In this document: positions 26,762-36,863 of the stretch, piece by piece | Numbering within the stretch: position 1 is the first letter of the stretch | How the letters are laid out: every line of letters begins with the position of its first letter | IMG/VR virus record: IMGVR_UViG_3300022907_000007 | Location: 1-64,000 of that record | DNA length: 64,000 nucleotides | Reading direction: 5' to 3' (one strand) | DNA from: a virus | Program-made: the position numbers and the translations under genes | Notes under the pieces: model-generated | The model's database searches: none | Seen by the model: the letters and a program-made list of their open reading frames with translations, nothing else | Told to the model about the DNA's origin: nothing

Positions 26762-27797
26762 AGTACAAGCAGGCGATACTCTAGGTAAGATCGCACAGAA
26801 TCAAGGCGCAACTCTGGAACAGATCCTAGCATTGAACCCAGAGATTACAAACCCTAACATGATCCGTGCAGGTCAAGACATTCTCCTACCTGATACACCA
26901 GAGGATGAAGTTGTTTCCTTGGAATCAGAGTTTGATGCTCCTGCACCTGTAGAGCCACGTAACCTTGCTGAGGTTGTTCCTCCTGTGGAAGAAGAGTCTA
27001 GCATGGTAGACAGTATGTTTGGCGCAATAGGAGACATAGGAGCAGGATTAGTGAATATGTTAATCCCTTCTGCGCGTGCTGATGTATCTGAAGTTCCTGA
27101 AGAGAATGTTATTAAGGTTGGTGAGCCTCCTCCTGTAGAAGCTGTAGCAGACATCGCTGCATCTAAGAACCCTGCAAGTGTAGCCATGAAGTATCTTGGT
27201 ATGTCAGAAGATGACAAGGAAGGAGCAGAAGCAATACGTGGATTCTTTGATAATGCTGTGGGTAACTGGCGTGCAGATATGACACCAGAACAGTTTGCAA
27301 AAGAAACTCCGTGGTGTGCGGCATTTGTTACACAGGTACTACGTGACTCAGGTGTCAACCCTCAAGAAGAACTAGGGCAAGACAGCTTTAATCAAATACG
27401 TGCCTCGTCCTATGCCAAAGCAGGCGTAGGGGTTTCTCCTGAGTTAGCTAAGCCCGGTGACATAATGGTTAAATTCCATGACGAAGCTACGCGAAAGAAA
27501 TATAATACTGGACCTGCTCATGCGGGTATTGTTGTTAAAGTTGAAGGCGACACAGTATGGTACGTTGGTGGTAACACAGGCGATAAAGTTGAAGTATCTT
27601 CATATAGTTTGAAGGATAATGATATTCGGTTGCGTCGAGTTCGTGGTGCTTCAGATATTCCTCCAGAAAGTTTACCTTCAATTACTGAGCTACGTATTGG
27701 TAAAGCAGGTCGGAAGATTGCAGATGAGTTATCTAGTTTCTTTTCTGCAAGTGCCGCTTCTCCACAAGATCCAAATGTAAATATCAATGGAGCTTAA
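26751..27797 (+). CDS. LysM plus CHAP/NlpC-like cell-wall hydrolase
   Basis: YKVQAGDTLGKIA...LNP..I..GQ LysM; TPWCAAFV, HAGIV, GGNT catalytic motifs. Confidence 0.8.
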   Translation: MAYKVQAGDTLGKIAQNQGATLEQILALNPEITNPNMIRAGQDILLPDTPEDEVVSLESEFDAPAPVEPRNLAEVVPPVEEESSMVDSMFGAIGDIGAGLVNMLIPSARADVSEVPEENVIKVGEPPPVEAVADIAASKNPASVAMKYLGMSEDDKEGAEAIRGFFDNAVGNWRADMTPEQFAKETPWCAAFVTQVLRDSGVNPQEELGQDSFNQIRASSYAKAGVGVSPELAKPGDIMVKFHDEATRKKYNTGPAHAGIVVKVEGDTVWYVGGNTGDKVEVSSYSLKDNDIRLRRVRGASDIPPESLPSITELRIGKAGRKIADELSSFFSASAASPQDPNVNINGA

Positions 27798-29040
27798 TGT
27801 TGAGTTGCTTCCTTGGCAACAGGAAGTCTTTAACGATCCAACACGATTCAAGATTGTAGCGGCAGGGCGGCGTACTGGTAAGTCTCGTCTAGCCGCGTGG
27901 CAGTTGATTATCTATGGACTGCAAACAAACCGTGGTCATGTGTTTTATGTTGCTCCGACTCAGGGGCAGGCTCGTGACATTATGTGGTCTACTCTGCTAG
28001 AGTTAGCACATCCTGTTATTAAAACATCCCACATTAACAACTTGCAAATCACTCTTATTAACGGTTGCACTATCTCACTGAAGGGTGCTGACAGGCCAGA
28101 GACGATGCGTGGTGTATCCCTAAAGTTCCTTGTTATGGACGAATATGCGGATATGAAGCCTAGTGTGTGGGAACAGATCCTACGTCCTGCGCTTGCTGAC
28201 CAGAAGGGTGAAGCCATGTTTATTGGTACACCGATGGGACGTAACCACTTCTATGAACTGTATCACTATGCAGAGTTAGGAGATGATGATAGCTACAAGG
28301 CGTGGCACTTTACATCATACGATAACCCATTGCTAGACCCTGAAGAGATTGACACAGCCAAGAAGTCAATGTCTAGCTATGCATTCCGTCAAGAGTTCCT
28401 TGCCTCGTTTGAAGCATCAGGCAGTGAAGTATTCAAAGAAAATTGGATACAGTTTGATGACGAAGAACCAGAACTTGGTGATTACTACATTGCAGTTGAC
28501 TTAGCAGGTTTCGCAGATGTGGAATCGGCTACCAAGTCTAAGAATAAAAAACTTGACCAAACAGCAATTGCAATTGTTAAAGCAAGTGAGAACGGATGGT
28601 GGGTAGCGGATATTGTACATGGACGATGGGATATCAAAAAGACCGCCAAGAAAATATTCGATGCTGTAGAACATTATCAACCAGTTGCGGTTGGTATCGA
28701 AAAAGGGGCATTGAAGAATGCGGTACTGCCTTATCTTACAGACGTGATGAAGTCCAAACAAAGATTCTTCAGAGTGGAAGAGTTGACACACGGCAACAAG
28801 AAAAAAACTGATCGTGTTGTGTGGGCTTTGCAAGGACGTTTTGAACACGGACAGATAACATTAAACAAAGGCGACTGGACTGCTAACTTTCTTGATGAGT
28901 TGTTTCAGTTTCCCAATGCCCTAGTGCATGATGACTTAGTAGATGCTCTGGCATACATTGACCAGTTAGCAAAAGTGTCGTACTTCTACGATTATGAAGA
29001 AGACGACTTTGAAATTTTAGACCCTGTAGCAGGATATTAA
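27787..29040 (+). CDS. terL: Terminase large subunit
   Basis: AGRRTGKS Walker A, VMDEYA Walker B, GTPMG, AVDLA, HDDLVDALAY. Confidence 0.95.
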   Translation: MELNVELLPWQQEVFNDPTRFKIVAAGRRTGKSRLAAWQLIIYGLQTNRGHVFYVAPTQGQARDIMWSTLLELAHPVIKTSHINNLQITLINGCTISLKGADRPETMRGVSLKFLVMDEYADMKPSVWEQILRPALADQKGEAMFIGTPMGRNHFYELYHYAELGDDDSYKAWHFTSYDNPLLDPEEIDTAKKSMSSYAFRQEFLASFEASGSEVFKENWIQFDDEEPELGDYYIAVDLAGFADVESATKSKNKKLDQTAIAIVKASENGWWVADIVHGRWDIKKTAKKIFDAVEHYQPVAVGIEKGALKNAVLPYLTDVMKSKQRFFRVEELTHGNKKKTDRVVWALQGRFEHGQITLNKGDWTANFLDELFQFPNALVHDDLVDALAYIDQLAKVSYFYDYEEDDFEILDPVAGY

Positions 29041-29041
29041 C

Positions 29042-31009
29042 ATGGACTATGATCATAACCACGAAGACCCCACATCATTAGAAGGTTGGGTTATACACAA
29101 GTGCAACCAATGGCGTGACCACTTTGAGTCAAACTATCAAGAAAAGTTTGATGAGTATTATCGTCTATGGCGTGGCATCTGGGCTGAAGAAGATTCAATG
29201 CGTGCATCAGAGCGTTCACGTCTTATCTCTCCTGCATTACAACAAGCTGTTGAGTCTGCTGTTGCTGAAGTAGAAGAAGCAACCTTTGGGCGTGGTAAAT
29301 GGTTTGACATCAAGGATGACTTTGCTGATGAGCAACCACAAGACATCCAAGTCTTACGTACTCAACTTGATGAGGATATGACTTTTGCTAAAGCTCGTAA
29401 GGCAATTGCAGAATGTTTAATTAACTCTGCTGTCTTTGGTACAGGAATTGGTGAAATCATTTTGGATGAAGTCAATGAGCTACGTCCTGCAACTCAACCA
29501 ATCATGGACGGTGAGATGACAGCCGTAGGTGTGACAGAACAACCTCGTACTCTTGTTAAGCTACGTCCGGTTATGCCTCAGAACTTTTTGATTGATCCAG
29601 TTGCTACAAGTATTGAAGAAGCATTGGGTGTAGCAATTGATGAGTTTGTACCTTTACATCAAATTGAGATTGCTCAAGAAGCAGGCATCTATCGTGACGT
29701 TGACGTTGCTGTAGCGGCTCCTGATACAGACATTGAGCCTGATCAAGATCTAACAATTTACATGGATGATAAGGTTCGTCTAACAAAGTATTATGGTCTT
29801 GTTCCTCGTGAGTTATTTGAAGAAGCTCTGTATGATCCTGAAGGCGAAGACAAACCTACTGACGAAGAACTAGAAGAATACAGCGGATACATCGAAGCAA
29901 TTGTTGTTATTGCTAATGGTGGTACTCTTCTTAAGATTGAAGCAAACCCATACATGATGCAGGATCGTCCTGTTATTGCTTTCCCTTGGGATGTAGTACC
30001 TAGTCGTTTCTGGGGGCGTGGTATTTGTGAGAAAGGCTACAACGCACAAAAAGCCCTTGACACCGAACTACGCGCACGTATTGATGCCTTGGCATTGACT
30101 GTACATCCAATGATGGCTGTAGACGCTTCTAGGCTCCCTCGTGGTGCTAAGCTAGAGGTACGTCCGGGCAAAGCAATCTTGACTAATGGTAACCCTTCAG
30201 AGATCCTTCAGCCATTTAATTTTGGTACGCTTGATCCTAATACCTTTAACCAAGCGGCTACCCTACAGCAGATGGTACAGCAAGCAACAGGTGCTATTGA
30301 TGCCGCAGGGATTCCTGGGTCAATCAATGGAGACTCAACAGCGGCAGGTATTTCAATGTCACTGGGTGCTATTATTAAGCGGCACAAGCGTACATTGATT
30401 AACTTCCAAGACTCGTTCTTACTACCGTTTGTAACTAAAGCGGCTCATCGGTATATGCAATTCAGTCCTGAGTTGTATCCAATCAAAGACTTTAAGTTTG
30501 TTGCAAGCAGTTCACTTGGGATTATTGCTCGTGAATATGAAGTCACTCAGTTAGTTCAGTTACTACAAACTATGAGTCCTGAGTCTCCTATGTATCCAAT
30601 GTTGATTGAATCAATTGTGGATAATATGAACTTAAGCAACCGTGAGCAAATCATTGAAGGATTGAAACAGGCTAACCAACCTGATCCTCAACAACAAGAA
30701 ATGCAACAGATGCAAGTACAAATGGAAATGGCTCAGAAGGAAGAGACCATTAAAAATATCCAAGCACAAACTGCTGAGATTCAATCGCGTGTACAACAGA
30801 ATGAGATTGAGTCGCAATTGCTTCCATTGGATGCAGAGACACGTCGTATTGCGGTACAGCTTAAGGCAGGCGGTAGTGATGACGTAGATAAAGAGTTTGA
30901 GCGTAGAGCTAAACTTGCAGAGCTTGTACTCAAAGAACGTGAGATTGCAAGTAAAGAAGACATAGTTGAACAACAAATGAGGAAATCTAATGGTAGTTAC
31001 CAAGCGTGA
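29042..31009 (+). CDS. Portal protein
   Basis: 655 aa directly after TerL; FGTGIG, FWGRG motifs; coiled-coil C-terminus. Confidence 0.85.
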   Translation: MDYDHNHEDPTSLEGWVIHKCNQWRDHFESNYQEKFDEYYRLWRGIWAEEDSMRASERSRLISPALQQAVESAVAEVEEATFGRGKWFDIKDDFADEQPQDIQVLRTQLDEDMTFAKARKAIAECLINSAVFGTGIGEIILDEVNELRPATQPIMDGEMTAVGVTEQPRTLVKLRPVMPQNFLIDPVATSIEEALGVAIDEFVPLHQIEIAQEAGIYRDVDVAVAAPDTDIEPDQDLTIYMDDKVRLTKYYGLVPRELFEEALYDPEGEDKPTDEELEEYSGYIEAIVVIANGGTLLKIEANPYMMQDRPVIAFPWDVVPSRFWGRGICEKGYNAQKALDTELRARIDALALTVHPMMAVDASRLPRGAKLEVRPGKAILTNGNPSEILQPFNFGTLDPNTFNQAATLQQMVQQATGAIDAAGIPGSINGDSTAAGISMSLGAIIKRHKRTLINFQDSFLLPFVTKAAHRYMQFSPELYPIKDFKFVASSSLGIIAREYEVTQLVQLLQTMSPESPMYPMLIESIVDNMNLSNREQIIEGLKQANQPDPQQQEMQQMQVQMEMAQKEETIKNIQAQTAEIQSRVQQNEIESQLLPLDAETRRIAVQLKAGGSDDVDKEFERRAKLAELVLKEREIASKEDIVEQQMRKSNGSYQA

Positions 31010-31145
31010 GTTCCAAGAAATCATTGATCAAATGAATGGTATCTTGACAAAACTTGACAGCCGTATCAAAGACTTAGAAGATACTAAGACTCCTCGTAAT
31101 ACTAAGCCTGCAAAAAGTGTGCCAAAAGACTTGACAAATGAATAA
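30990..31145 (+). CDS. Small hypothetical protein (51 aa, not in ORF track)
   Basis: MVVTKREFQEIIDQMNGILTKLDSRIKDLE...; GAGGA RBS. Confidence 0.5.
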   Translation: MVVTKREFQEIIDQMNGILTKLDSRIKDLEDTKTPRNTKPAKSVPKDLTNE

Positions 31146-31159
31146 AAGTATGGTATAAT
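31131..31159 (+). promoter_or_regulatory. sigma70 promoter for scaffold/capsid operon
   Basis: TTGACA-N17-TATAAT with TATG extension. Confidence 0.85.
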
Positions 31160-31186
31160 ATTTGCTTATAAATTAGGAGAAACTCT

Positions 31187-31420
31187 TTGAGTCCTGAAGA
31201 ACAAAAGTATTACGAAACTTATTTTGATCTGTTCATGACAGATGGTTGGAAACAATTCATCGAAGAGATCAACGAAATTCTTGATAGACATCGTATAGAA
31301 GATATTAAGAATGAAACACATTTAGCGTTTGTCAAAGGTGAACGCGATGCACTGTTCAGAGTGAGACGCTTTGAGACAGGTATCAAAACAGCTTATGACG
31401 TATTGCAGGGGCCGAAATAA
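31187..31420 (+). CDS. Hypothetical head-module protein
   Basis: AGGAG RBS; LFMTDGWKQF. Confidence 0.6.
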   Translation: MSPEEQKYYETYFDLFMTDGWKQFIEEINEILDRHRIEDIKNETHLAFVKGERDALFRVRRFETGIKTAYDVLQGPK

Positions 31421-31632
31421 TGCTTAGGCGATACGATTATAAATGCACCGTATGTAACCATACAGAGGAAGACTGGGCTGACTCGTCAGACTGTGACTTC
31501 TCAACCTGTAAGGAATGCGGTGAAACATCAGTACGGATAATCTCTCCTGTCCGAACACATTTCGTTGGTCACGGTTGGCCGGATAAAGACGATAGGTGGG
31601 CTAAGGATCATGAGAGAGCCGCACGTAAATAA
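31420..31632 (+). CDS. FmdB-like zinc-ribbon protein
   Basis: YDYKCTVC...CKECG...RIIS. Confidence 0.7.
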   Translation: MLRRYDYKCTVCNHTEEDWADSSDCDFSTCKECGETSVRIISPVRTHFVGHGWPDKDDRWAKDHERAARK

Positions 31633-31666
31633 CTTTCCATAATGCTACGGCACGGAGTTTAACAAT

Positions 31667-32485
31667 ATGGCACGTTTTATAGATGAGAGTCCCGAGTATC
31701 AACCAGAAGACGGGGAAGCACTCGCTAACTTAGAAGATGAAGAGACGCAGATTCCGGAAGAGGAACAACCTGCAGAACCTGAAGAGATTCAAGAAGCACA
31801 AGAAGAAAGCATTCCTGAGAAATATCAGGGTAAGGATATCAAAGATGTTGTCCGAATGCATCAAGAGGCTGAGAAACTTTTAGGTAAACAATCATCAGAA
31901 GTTGGTGAGTTACGTCAGATAGTTGATAATTTCGTAAAGACGCAACTTGAAGCCAATAGCCCACAAAAAGAAGAAGACGAAGAAGACGACATTGATTTCT
32001 TTGATGATCCAAAGAAAGCAGTAGAGCGAGCAATTGCGAAGCATCCTAAAATTAGGGAAGCAGAAGAAGTTACTCGCGCCATGAAGCAACAGGAGATCCT
32101 AAACAAACTCCAACGTAGCCATCCCGATTTCAATGAAATCATTCAGGATAGTAGGTTTGGAGAATGGGTAGCGGCTTCTAAGGTACGGACTGAATTGTAC
32201 CAACGTGCAGACCAACGGTTTGACTTTGACAGTGCTGATGAACTTTTAAATACTTGGAAGGAACGTCAGAACTTAGTTAGTGAAACTGTTGAGATGCAAG
32301 AGGCTGACCGTAAGCGTCAGTTAAAATCTGCTTCTACTGGTACTGCTAAAGGGTCAGGCGAAAAGCCAAGTCGTAAAGTCTATCGTCGTGCTGATATTAT
32401 TAAACTTATGCAAACAGACCCTAACAGATATCAAGAACTGGCGGCTGAGATTCGCCAAGCATATGCTGAGGGTCGAGTTAAATAG
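31667..32485 (+). CDS. Capsid scaffolding protein
   Basis: Acidic N-terminus, PEKYQGK, C-terminal AYAEGRVK; precedes MCP. Confidence 0.8.
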   Translation: MARFIDESPEYQPEDGEALANLEDEETQIPEEEQPAEPEEIQEAQEESIPEKYQGKDIKDVVRMHQEAEKLLGKQSSEVGELRQIVDNFVKTQLEANSPQKEEDEEDDIDFFDDPKKAVERAIAKHPKIREAEEVTRAMKQQEILNKLQRSHPDFNEIIQDSRFGEWVAASKVRTELYQRADQRFDFDSADELLNTWKERQNLVSETVEMQEADRKRQLKSASTGTAKGSGEKPSRKVYRRADIIKLMQTDPNRYQELAAEIRQAYAEGRVK

Positions 32486-32504
32486 CTATTAGGAGATATT
32501 TACA

Positions 32505-33440
32505 ATGGCAAACTTAACCCCCGCAAGTAACAATACCGTTACTTTAGCAAACGCGGCTACGTTCATTCCAGAACTGTGGTCAGATGAAATCATTGCGGCG
32601 TACAAGCAAAACCTCGTTCTTGCTAACCTCGTAAACAAAATGCCTATGACTGGTAAGAAAGGTGATACTCTTCACATTCCTAAGCCTGTCCGTGGCGCGG
32701 CCAATGCTAAGACAGCGGCTGACACTGTAACAATTCAACAGACTGCTAACACAGAAGTTATAATCACTATCGACAAGCACTACGAATACTCACGCTTGAT
32801 CGAGGACATCACAGAAGTACAGGCGTTGGATTCACTCCGCCGTTTCTACACTGACGATGCAGGTTACGCTCTTGCTAAGCAAGTCGATGACGATCTGTTC
32901 GCAGAGTTGTTGAACGTGTCAAACGATGCAGGTACTGCTGATGGTGCTGATGCTACTCAGTCTCACTACCAGATCAACGGTGCATCTGATGTCTTGATTG
33001 ACTACGATGACTCTACTGCTCTTGAAGCGTTCTCTGATGCGGCTTTCCGCAACATGATTCAACGGTTGGATGATGCTGATGTTCCTATGGAAGGTCGTGT
33101 ATTGATTATCCCTCCTGTGATTCGCAACACTATCATGGGCATTGAGCGTTACGTGTCTTCTGACTTTGTCAACGGTCGTGGTGTTAACAACGGTCAGATT
33201 GGTCAGCTTTACGGTGTTGACGTTTACGTTACATCTAACGCTCCAACTGTCACTGGTACTACCACTTCTGGTCGTGTCATGACTATGATGCACAAGGACG
33301 CTTTCGTTCTTGCAGAGCAAATGGCTGTACGTTCACAGACTCAGTACAAGCAAGAGTTCCTTGCGAACTTGTTCACTGCTGACACTCTGTACGGCACCAA
33401 GGTTCTCCGTCAAGAGAACGTACTCTCTGTTGTAGTATAA
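32505..33440 (+). CDS. Major capsid protein
   Basis: FIPELWS, GDTLHIP, GYALAKQVD, DTLYG motifs; followed by terminator. Confidence 0.9.
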   Translation: MANLTPASNNTVTLANAATFIPELWSDEIIAAYKQNLVLANLVNKMPMTGKKGDTLHIPKPVRGAANAKTAADTVTIQQTANTEVIITIDKHYEYSRLIEDITEVQALDSLRRFYTDDAGYALAKQVDDDLFAELLNVSNDAGTADGADATQSHYQINGASDVLIDYDDSTALEAFSDAAFRNMIQRLDDADVPMEGRVLIIPPVIRNTIMGIERYVSSDFVNGRGVNNGQIGQLYGVDVYVTSNAPTVTGTTTSGRVMTMMHKDAFVLAEQMAVRSQTQYKQEFLANLFTADTLYGTKVLRQENVLSVVV

Positions 33441-33450
33441 ACAGAGTCCG

Positions 33451-33482
33451 GGGGAGTCTACTCAGGCTCCCCTATCTTATTT
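33451..33482 (+). terminator. Terminator after MCP
   Basis: GGGGAGTCT-ACTC-AGGCTCCCC followed by T-rich tail. Confidence 0.65.
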
Positions 33483-33498
33483 CTAACTGGAGAGTGTA

Positions 33499-34671
33499 AT
33501 GGCTATCTTTCGTGGTATTGGTGGTGCAGGTGATTCAACAACTGACGCTACAGTTACTGAAGTAACTCAGCAAGCAACTAACGCCGCCGCATCTGCAACA
33601 GCCGCCTCCTCTTCAGCTTCATCAGCCGCTACTTCAGCAAGTAATGCGGCAACCTCAGAAAGCAATGCCGCTACCTCTGCAACTAATGCGGCTACCTCTG
33701 AGTCTAATGCAAGTACCTCCGCAACTAATGCCGCAAGCTCTGCTACTACAGCATCGACAGCGGCTACAGCGGCTCAGACTGCTCAGACTGCCGCAGAAGC
33801 GGCTCAAACAGCGGCAGAAACTGCAGAGACTAATGCATCTACTTCAGCCACGTCAGCGGCTTCTAGTGCAACCTCAGCGGCATCTTCAGCATCTGCGGCA
33901 AACACAAGTGAAACGAATGCGGCCACAAGCGAGACAAACGCCGCTACGTCAGAAACTAATGCGGCTACATCAGCGACTACGGCACAGAGCGCACAGACTG
34001 CGGCAGAGGCGGCAAGAGATGAGGCTGTAGCGGCACAAGAAGCAATTGATGGTTTGTATCTTGGAGCGCAAACATCTGATCCCACATTAGACAATAATGG
34101 TGATCCAGTTACTGCAGGTGATTGGTATTACAATACATCCACTGGTGTAACTCGTATCTACGATGGTAGTGCTTGGGTTAATGGTGCAGTCTCTACCGCT
34201 TCTTTTCTATTAGCGGCTAACAACTTATCAGACCTTACTAATGCGACTACAGCACGTACTAACTTAGGTCTTGGTACTGCGGCTACGACAGCATCTACAG
34301 ACTATGCGACAGCCGCACAAGGTACACTAGCTGATAGTGCTACTCAGCCCGGAGACAACATCTCCACATTAACTAATGACTCTGGTTATCTCACTAGCTT
34401 CACAGAGACTAACGATCTATCGACAGCGGTCACATGGGCAAACGTACCAGACGCTAACATTACGCAGTCTTCAGTCACACAACATCAGGCGGCACTGTCG
34501 ATCACAGAGTCACAGATCAGCGACTTTGGCACATACGCTACATCCGCAGAGTTAACATCAGCAACAGCCAACTCAGGCAACTGGGACACTGCATACTCAT
34601 GGGGTGATCACTCAGTCGCAGGATACGGGACAACTGACGAGGCTCTTGCACTCGCAATCGCACTAGGATAG
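33499..34671 (+). CDS. Fibre protein with Ala/Ser/Thr heptad repeats
   Basis: ATSE(S/T)NA repeats; NNLSDL...ARTNLGLG fibre motif. Confidence 0.7.
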   Translation: MAIFRGIGGAGDSTTDATVTEVTQQATNAAASATAASSSASSAATSASNAATSESNAATSATNAATSESNASTSATNAASSATTASTAATAAQTAQTAAEAAQTAAETAETNASTSATSAASSATSAASSASAANTSETNAATSETNAATSETNAATSATTAQSAQTAAEAARDEAVAAQEAIDGLYLGAQTSDPTLDNNGDPVTAGDWYYNTSTGVTRIYDGSAWVNGAVSTASFLLAANNLSDLTNATTARTNLGLGTAATTASTDYATAAQGTLADSATQPGDNISTLTNDSGYLTSFTETNDLSTAVTWANVPDANITQSSVTQHQAALSITESQISDFGTYATSAELTSATANSGNWDTAYSWGDHSVAGYGTTDEALALAIALG

Positions 34672-34675
34672 GACA

Positions 34676-34984
34676 ATGGCAAACACGTTCAAGAATTACA
34701 CATCGGCATCTGTAGGCACATCACCTGTGACGGTCTACACAGTGCCATCAGCAACCACTGCGGTTGTCATCGGGTGCAACGTAGCAAACCGCACAGCATC
34801 GTCCATTACTGTGGATGTACAGCTAGGGTCTACCTACATCGTGAAAGGCGCACCAGTGCCTGCAGGATCAGCCCTGAGCGTACTGGACGGCAAGATCATT
34901 GCAGAGACTACAGAGACTATTGTGGTGACATCTGATACCGCAAGCAGTGCTGACGTAATCCTGAGTGTACTGGAGCAAAGCTAA
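34676..34984 (+). CDS. Fibre-module structural protein
   Basis: MANTFKN...YTVPS beta-rich protein common in marine phage fibre modules. Confidence 0.55.
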   Translation: MANTFKNYTSASVGTSPVTVYTVPSATTAVVIGCNVANRTASSITVDVQLGSTYIVKGAPVPAGSALSVLDGKIIAETTETIVVTSDTASSADVILSVLEQS

Positions 34985-36654
34985 TGGCAGGCTATATTGG
35001 TAAGGCACAGTCTTTAGCCAACCTATCTGAAGCAGATACTTTAGATTCTGTAACGGGGCGTGGAGCCACTACAGCAAATGATTTATCGCTAACTGGCGAT
35101 CTCAGCGTAGACGGCGGCACAATCAAACTGGATGGGAATTATCCGGTTGGTACGGAAAACGTAGCTTTGGGTAATGAGGCTTTAGATGCCTTAACTTCAG
35201 GTGGTGATTACAACACAGCCCTTGGTTATGCGGCATTGACAGCTAATACATCCGGGCAAAGAAATACTGCGGTTGGTCGTACAGCAATGTCATCAAATGC
35301 TACTGGCTCATATAATACTGCTGTTGGTATGGCTTCACTAAGTGCTAGTGGTTCTGGAAATTCTAACACCGGACTGGGATATAATGCCTTAGCAAATAAT
35401 ACTACTGCCTCTAACAACACTGCTGTCGGTTTTGAGGCACTTGTTGTAAACACCACAGGTACACAGAACGTGGCTGTTGGTTATTTAGCATTAGATGCAA
35501 ACACCACAACAAGTAATAATACAGCTATTGGTGGAAATTCACTTTCTGCAAACATAGCGCACAATAATACAGCACTTGGATATAACACGTTTGCTGTCAA
35601 CACCACAGGCACAGACGGTGTAGCTATCGGTGCATATGCGCTAGATTCTAATACGACAGGTACAAATAATGTTGGTATAGGACGAGACGCATTAGGAGCA
35701 AACACCACAGGTGCATCAGGGACGGCAGTCGGTTATCAGGCAGGAGGTAGCGTCACTACTGGTAGTGGCAATAGTTATTTCGGGATGCAAGCAGGATATT
35801 CAAATACAACAGGGATATTCAATACTGCTGTTGGTTACAATGCTCTTTATACAAGCACAGCAAGTTACAACACAGCCTGTGGTATGTATGCGCTCAGATA
35901 TACTACGTCAGGAGGATATAATACTGCTGTTGGTTACAATGCTTTACAAGGCAATACTACGGCTACATTCAATACTGCGCTAGGTTGGTCAGCATTATCC
36001 GCCAGTACAACTGGAGACAGCAACGTAGCTGTCGGAGTATCGGCATCAGGTAACCTTACGACTGGTTCGCAAAATACTGTTATGGGACGGTATGCAGGTG
36101 GAGCAATTACAACCGGAAACGAAAATGTCGTCATTGGACATTACGCAGGTGCTTCTGGGACAAACGATTTAACAACTGGTTCGTATAACGTCTTAATCGG
36201 AAGATTGGCTCATATGTCCAGTGCAAGTGGGCAAGAGCAAATCGTTATTGGATTCAATGCTCAAGGTAAAGGTAACAACACGACCTTTGTTGGTGGCGGT
36301 TCAGGTGCTTATCAGGCAAACAATTCATCATCTTGGTCAACAACGTCAGATGAGCGTCTGAAAAAGAACATCGTTGATAACACAGATGGTCTAGACAAGA
36401 TCAATGCCATTCAAGTCCGCAACTTTGAATATCGCACTGAAGATGAAATCACAGAACTTGAGCCATCAAATGTCATTCAGATTGAAGGCACTCAGCTTGG
36501 TGTTATCGCTCAAGAGATCCAACAAGTTTGCCCACAGATGGTCAAAGAAGAGTCAACAGGTGTTTTATCCGTCGATACAGACAATTTAGTCTGGTATTTA
36601 ATTAACGCTGTTAAGGAATTATCAGCCAAAGTCGAAGCATTGGAGAACGCATAA
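34984..36654 (+). CDS. Tail fibre/spike with about 14-aa NTAVGY.AL repeats and C-terminal peptidase S74 chaperone
   Basis: Many NTA(V/L)G..AL..NTTG repeats; SDERLKKNI autocleavage motif. Confidence 0.85.
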   Translation: MAGYIGKAQSLANLSEADTLDSVTGRGATTANDLSLTGDLSVDGGTIKLDGNYPVGTENVALGNEALDALTSGGDYNTALGYAALTANTSGQRNTAVGRTAMSSNATGSYNTAVGMASLSASGSGNSNTGLGYNALANNTTASNNTAVGFEALVVNTTGTQNVAVGYLALDANTTTSNNTAIGGNSLSANIAHNNTALGYNTFAVNTTGTDGVAIGAYALDSNTTGTNNVGIGRDALGANTTGASGTAVGYQAGGSVTTGSGNSYFGMQAGYSNTTGIFNTAVGYNALYTSTASYNTACGMYALRYTTSGGYNTAVGYNALQGNTTATFNTALGWSALSASTTGDSNVAVGVSASGNLTTGSQNTVMGRYAGGAITTGNENVVIGHYAGASGTNDLTTGSYNVLIGRLAHMSSASGQEQIVIGFNAQGKGNNTTFVGGGSGAYQANNSSSWSTTSDERLKKNIVDNTDGLDKINAIQVRNFEYRTEDEITELEPSNVIQIEGTQLGVIAQEIQQVCPQMVKEESTGVLSVDTDNLVWYLINAVKELSAKVEALENA

Positions 36655-36863
36655 TGGAAGAACTCACAGCAGAACAAATCGCACAGCACTACTCAGCCGC
36701 TATGGACTCAGTGAACCTGTTGAACGCAGGACAACCAGACGACATGAGCGATGATGACTGGGCTGATTGTGTTGCACGAAACAAAGAACACTTACGGATC
36801 ATGTTAGCTAAGGACTTCTGGACTGATGAAGACCTTACACCATTACAGGAAGCGAGTGCATAA
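36654..36863 (+). CDS. Small fibre-associated protein
   Basis: Translationally coupled to spike gene. Confidence 0.55.
   Translation: MEELTAEQIAQHYSAAMDSVNLLNAGQPDDMSDDDWADCVARNKEHLRIMLAKDFWTDEDLTPLQEASA

Noticed and set aside
33580-34010. DNA tandem repeat or ncRNA
   Set aside because: Explained by heptad protein repeats with varied synonymous codons
35150-36200. Repeat array
   Set aside because: 14-aa protein repeats of a beta-roll fibre, degenerate at DNA level
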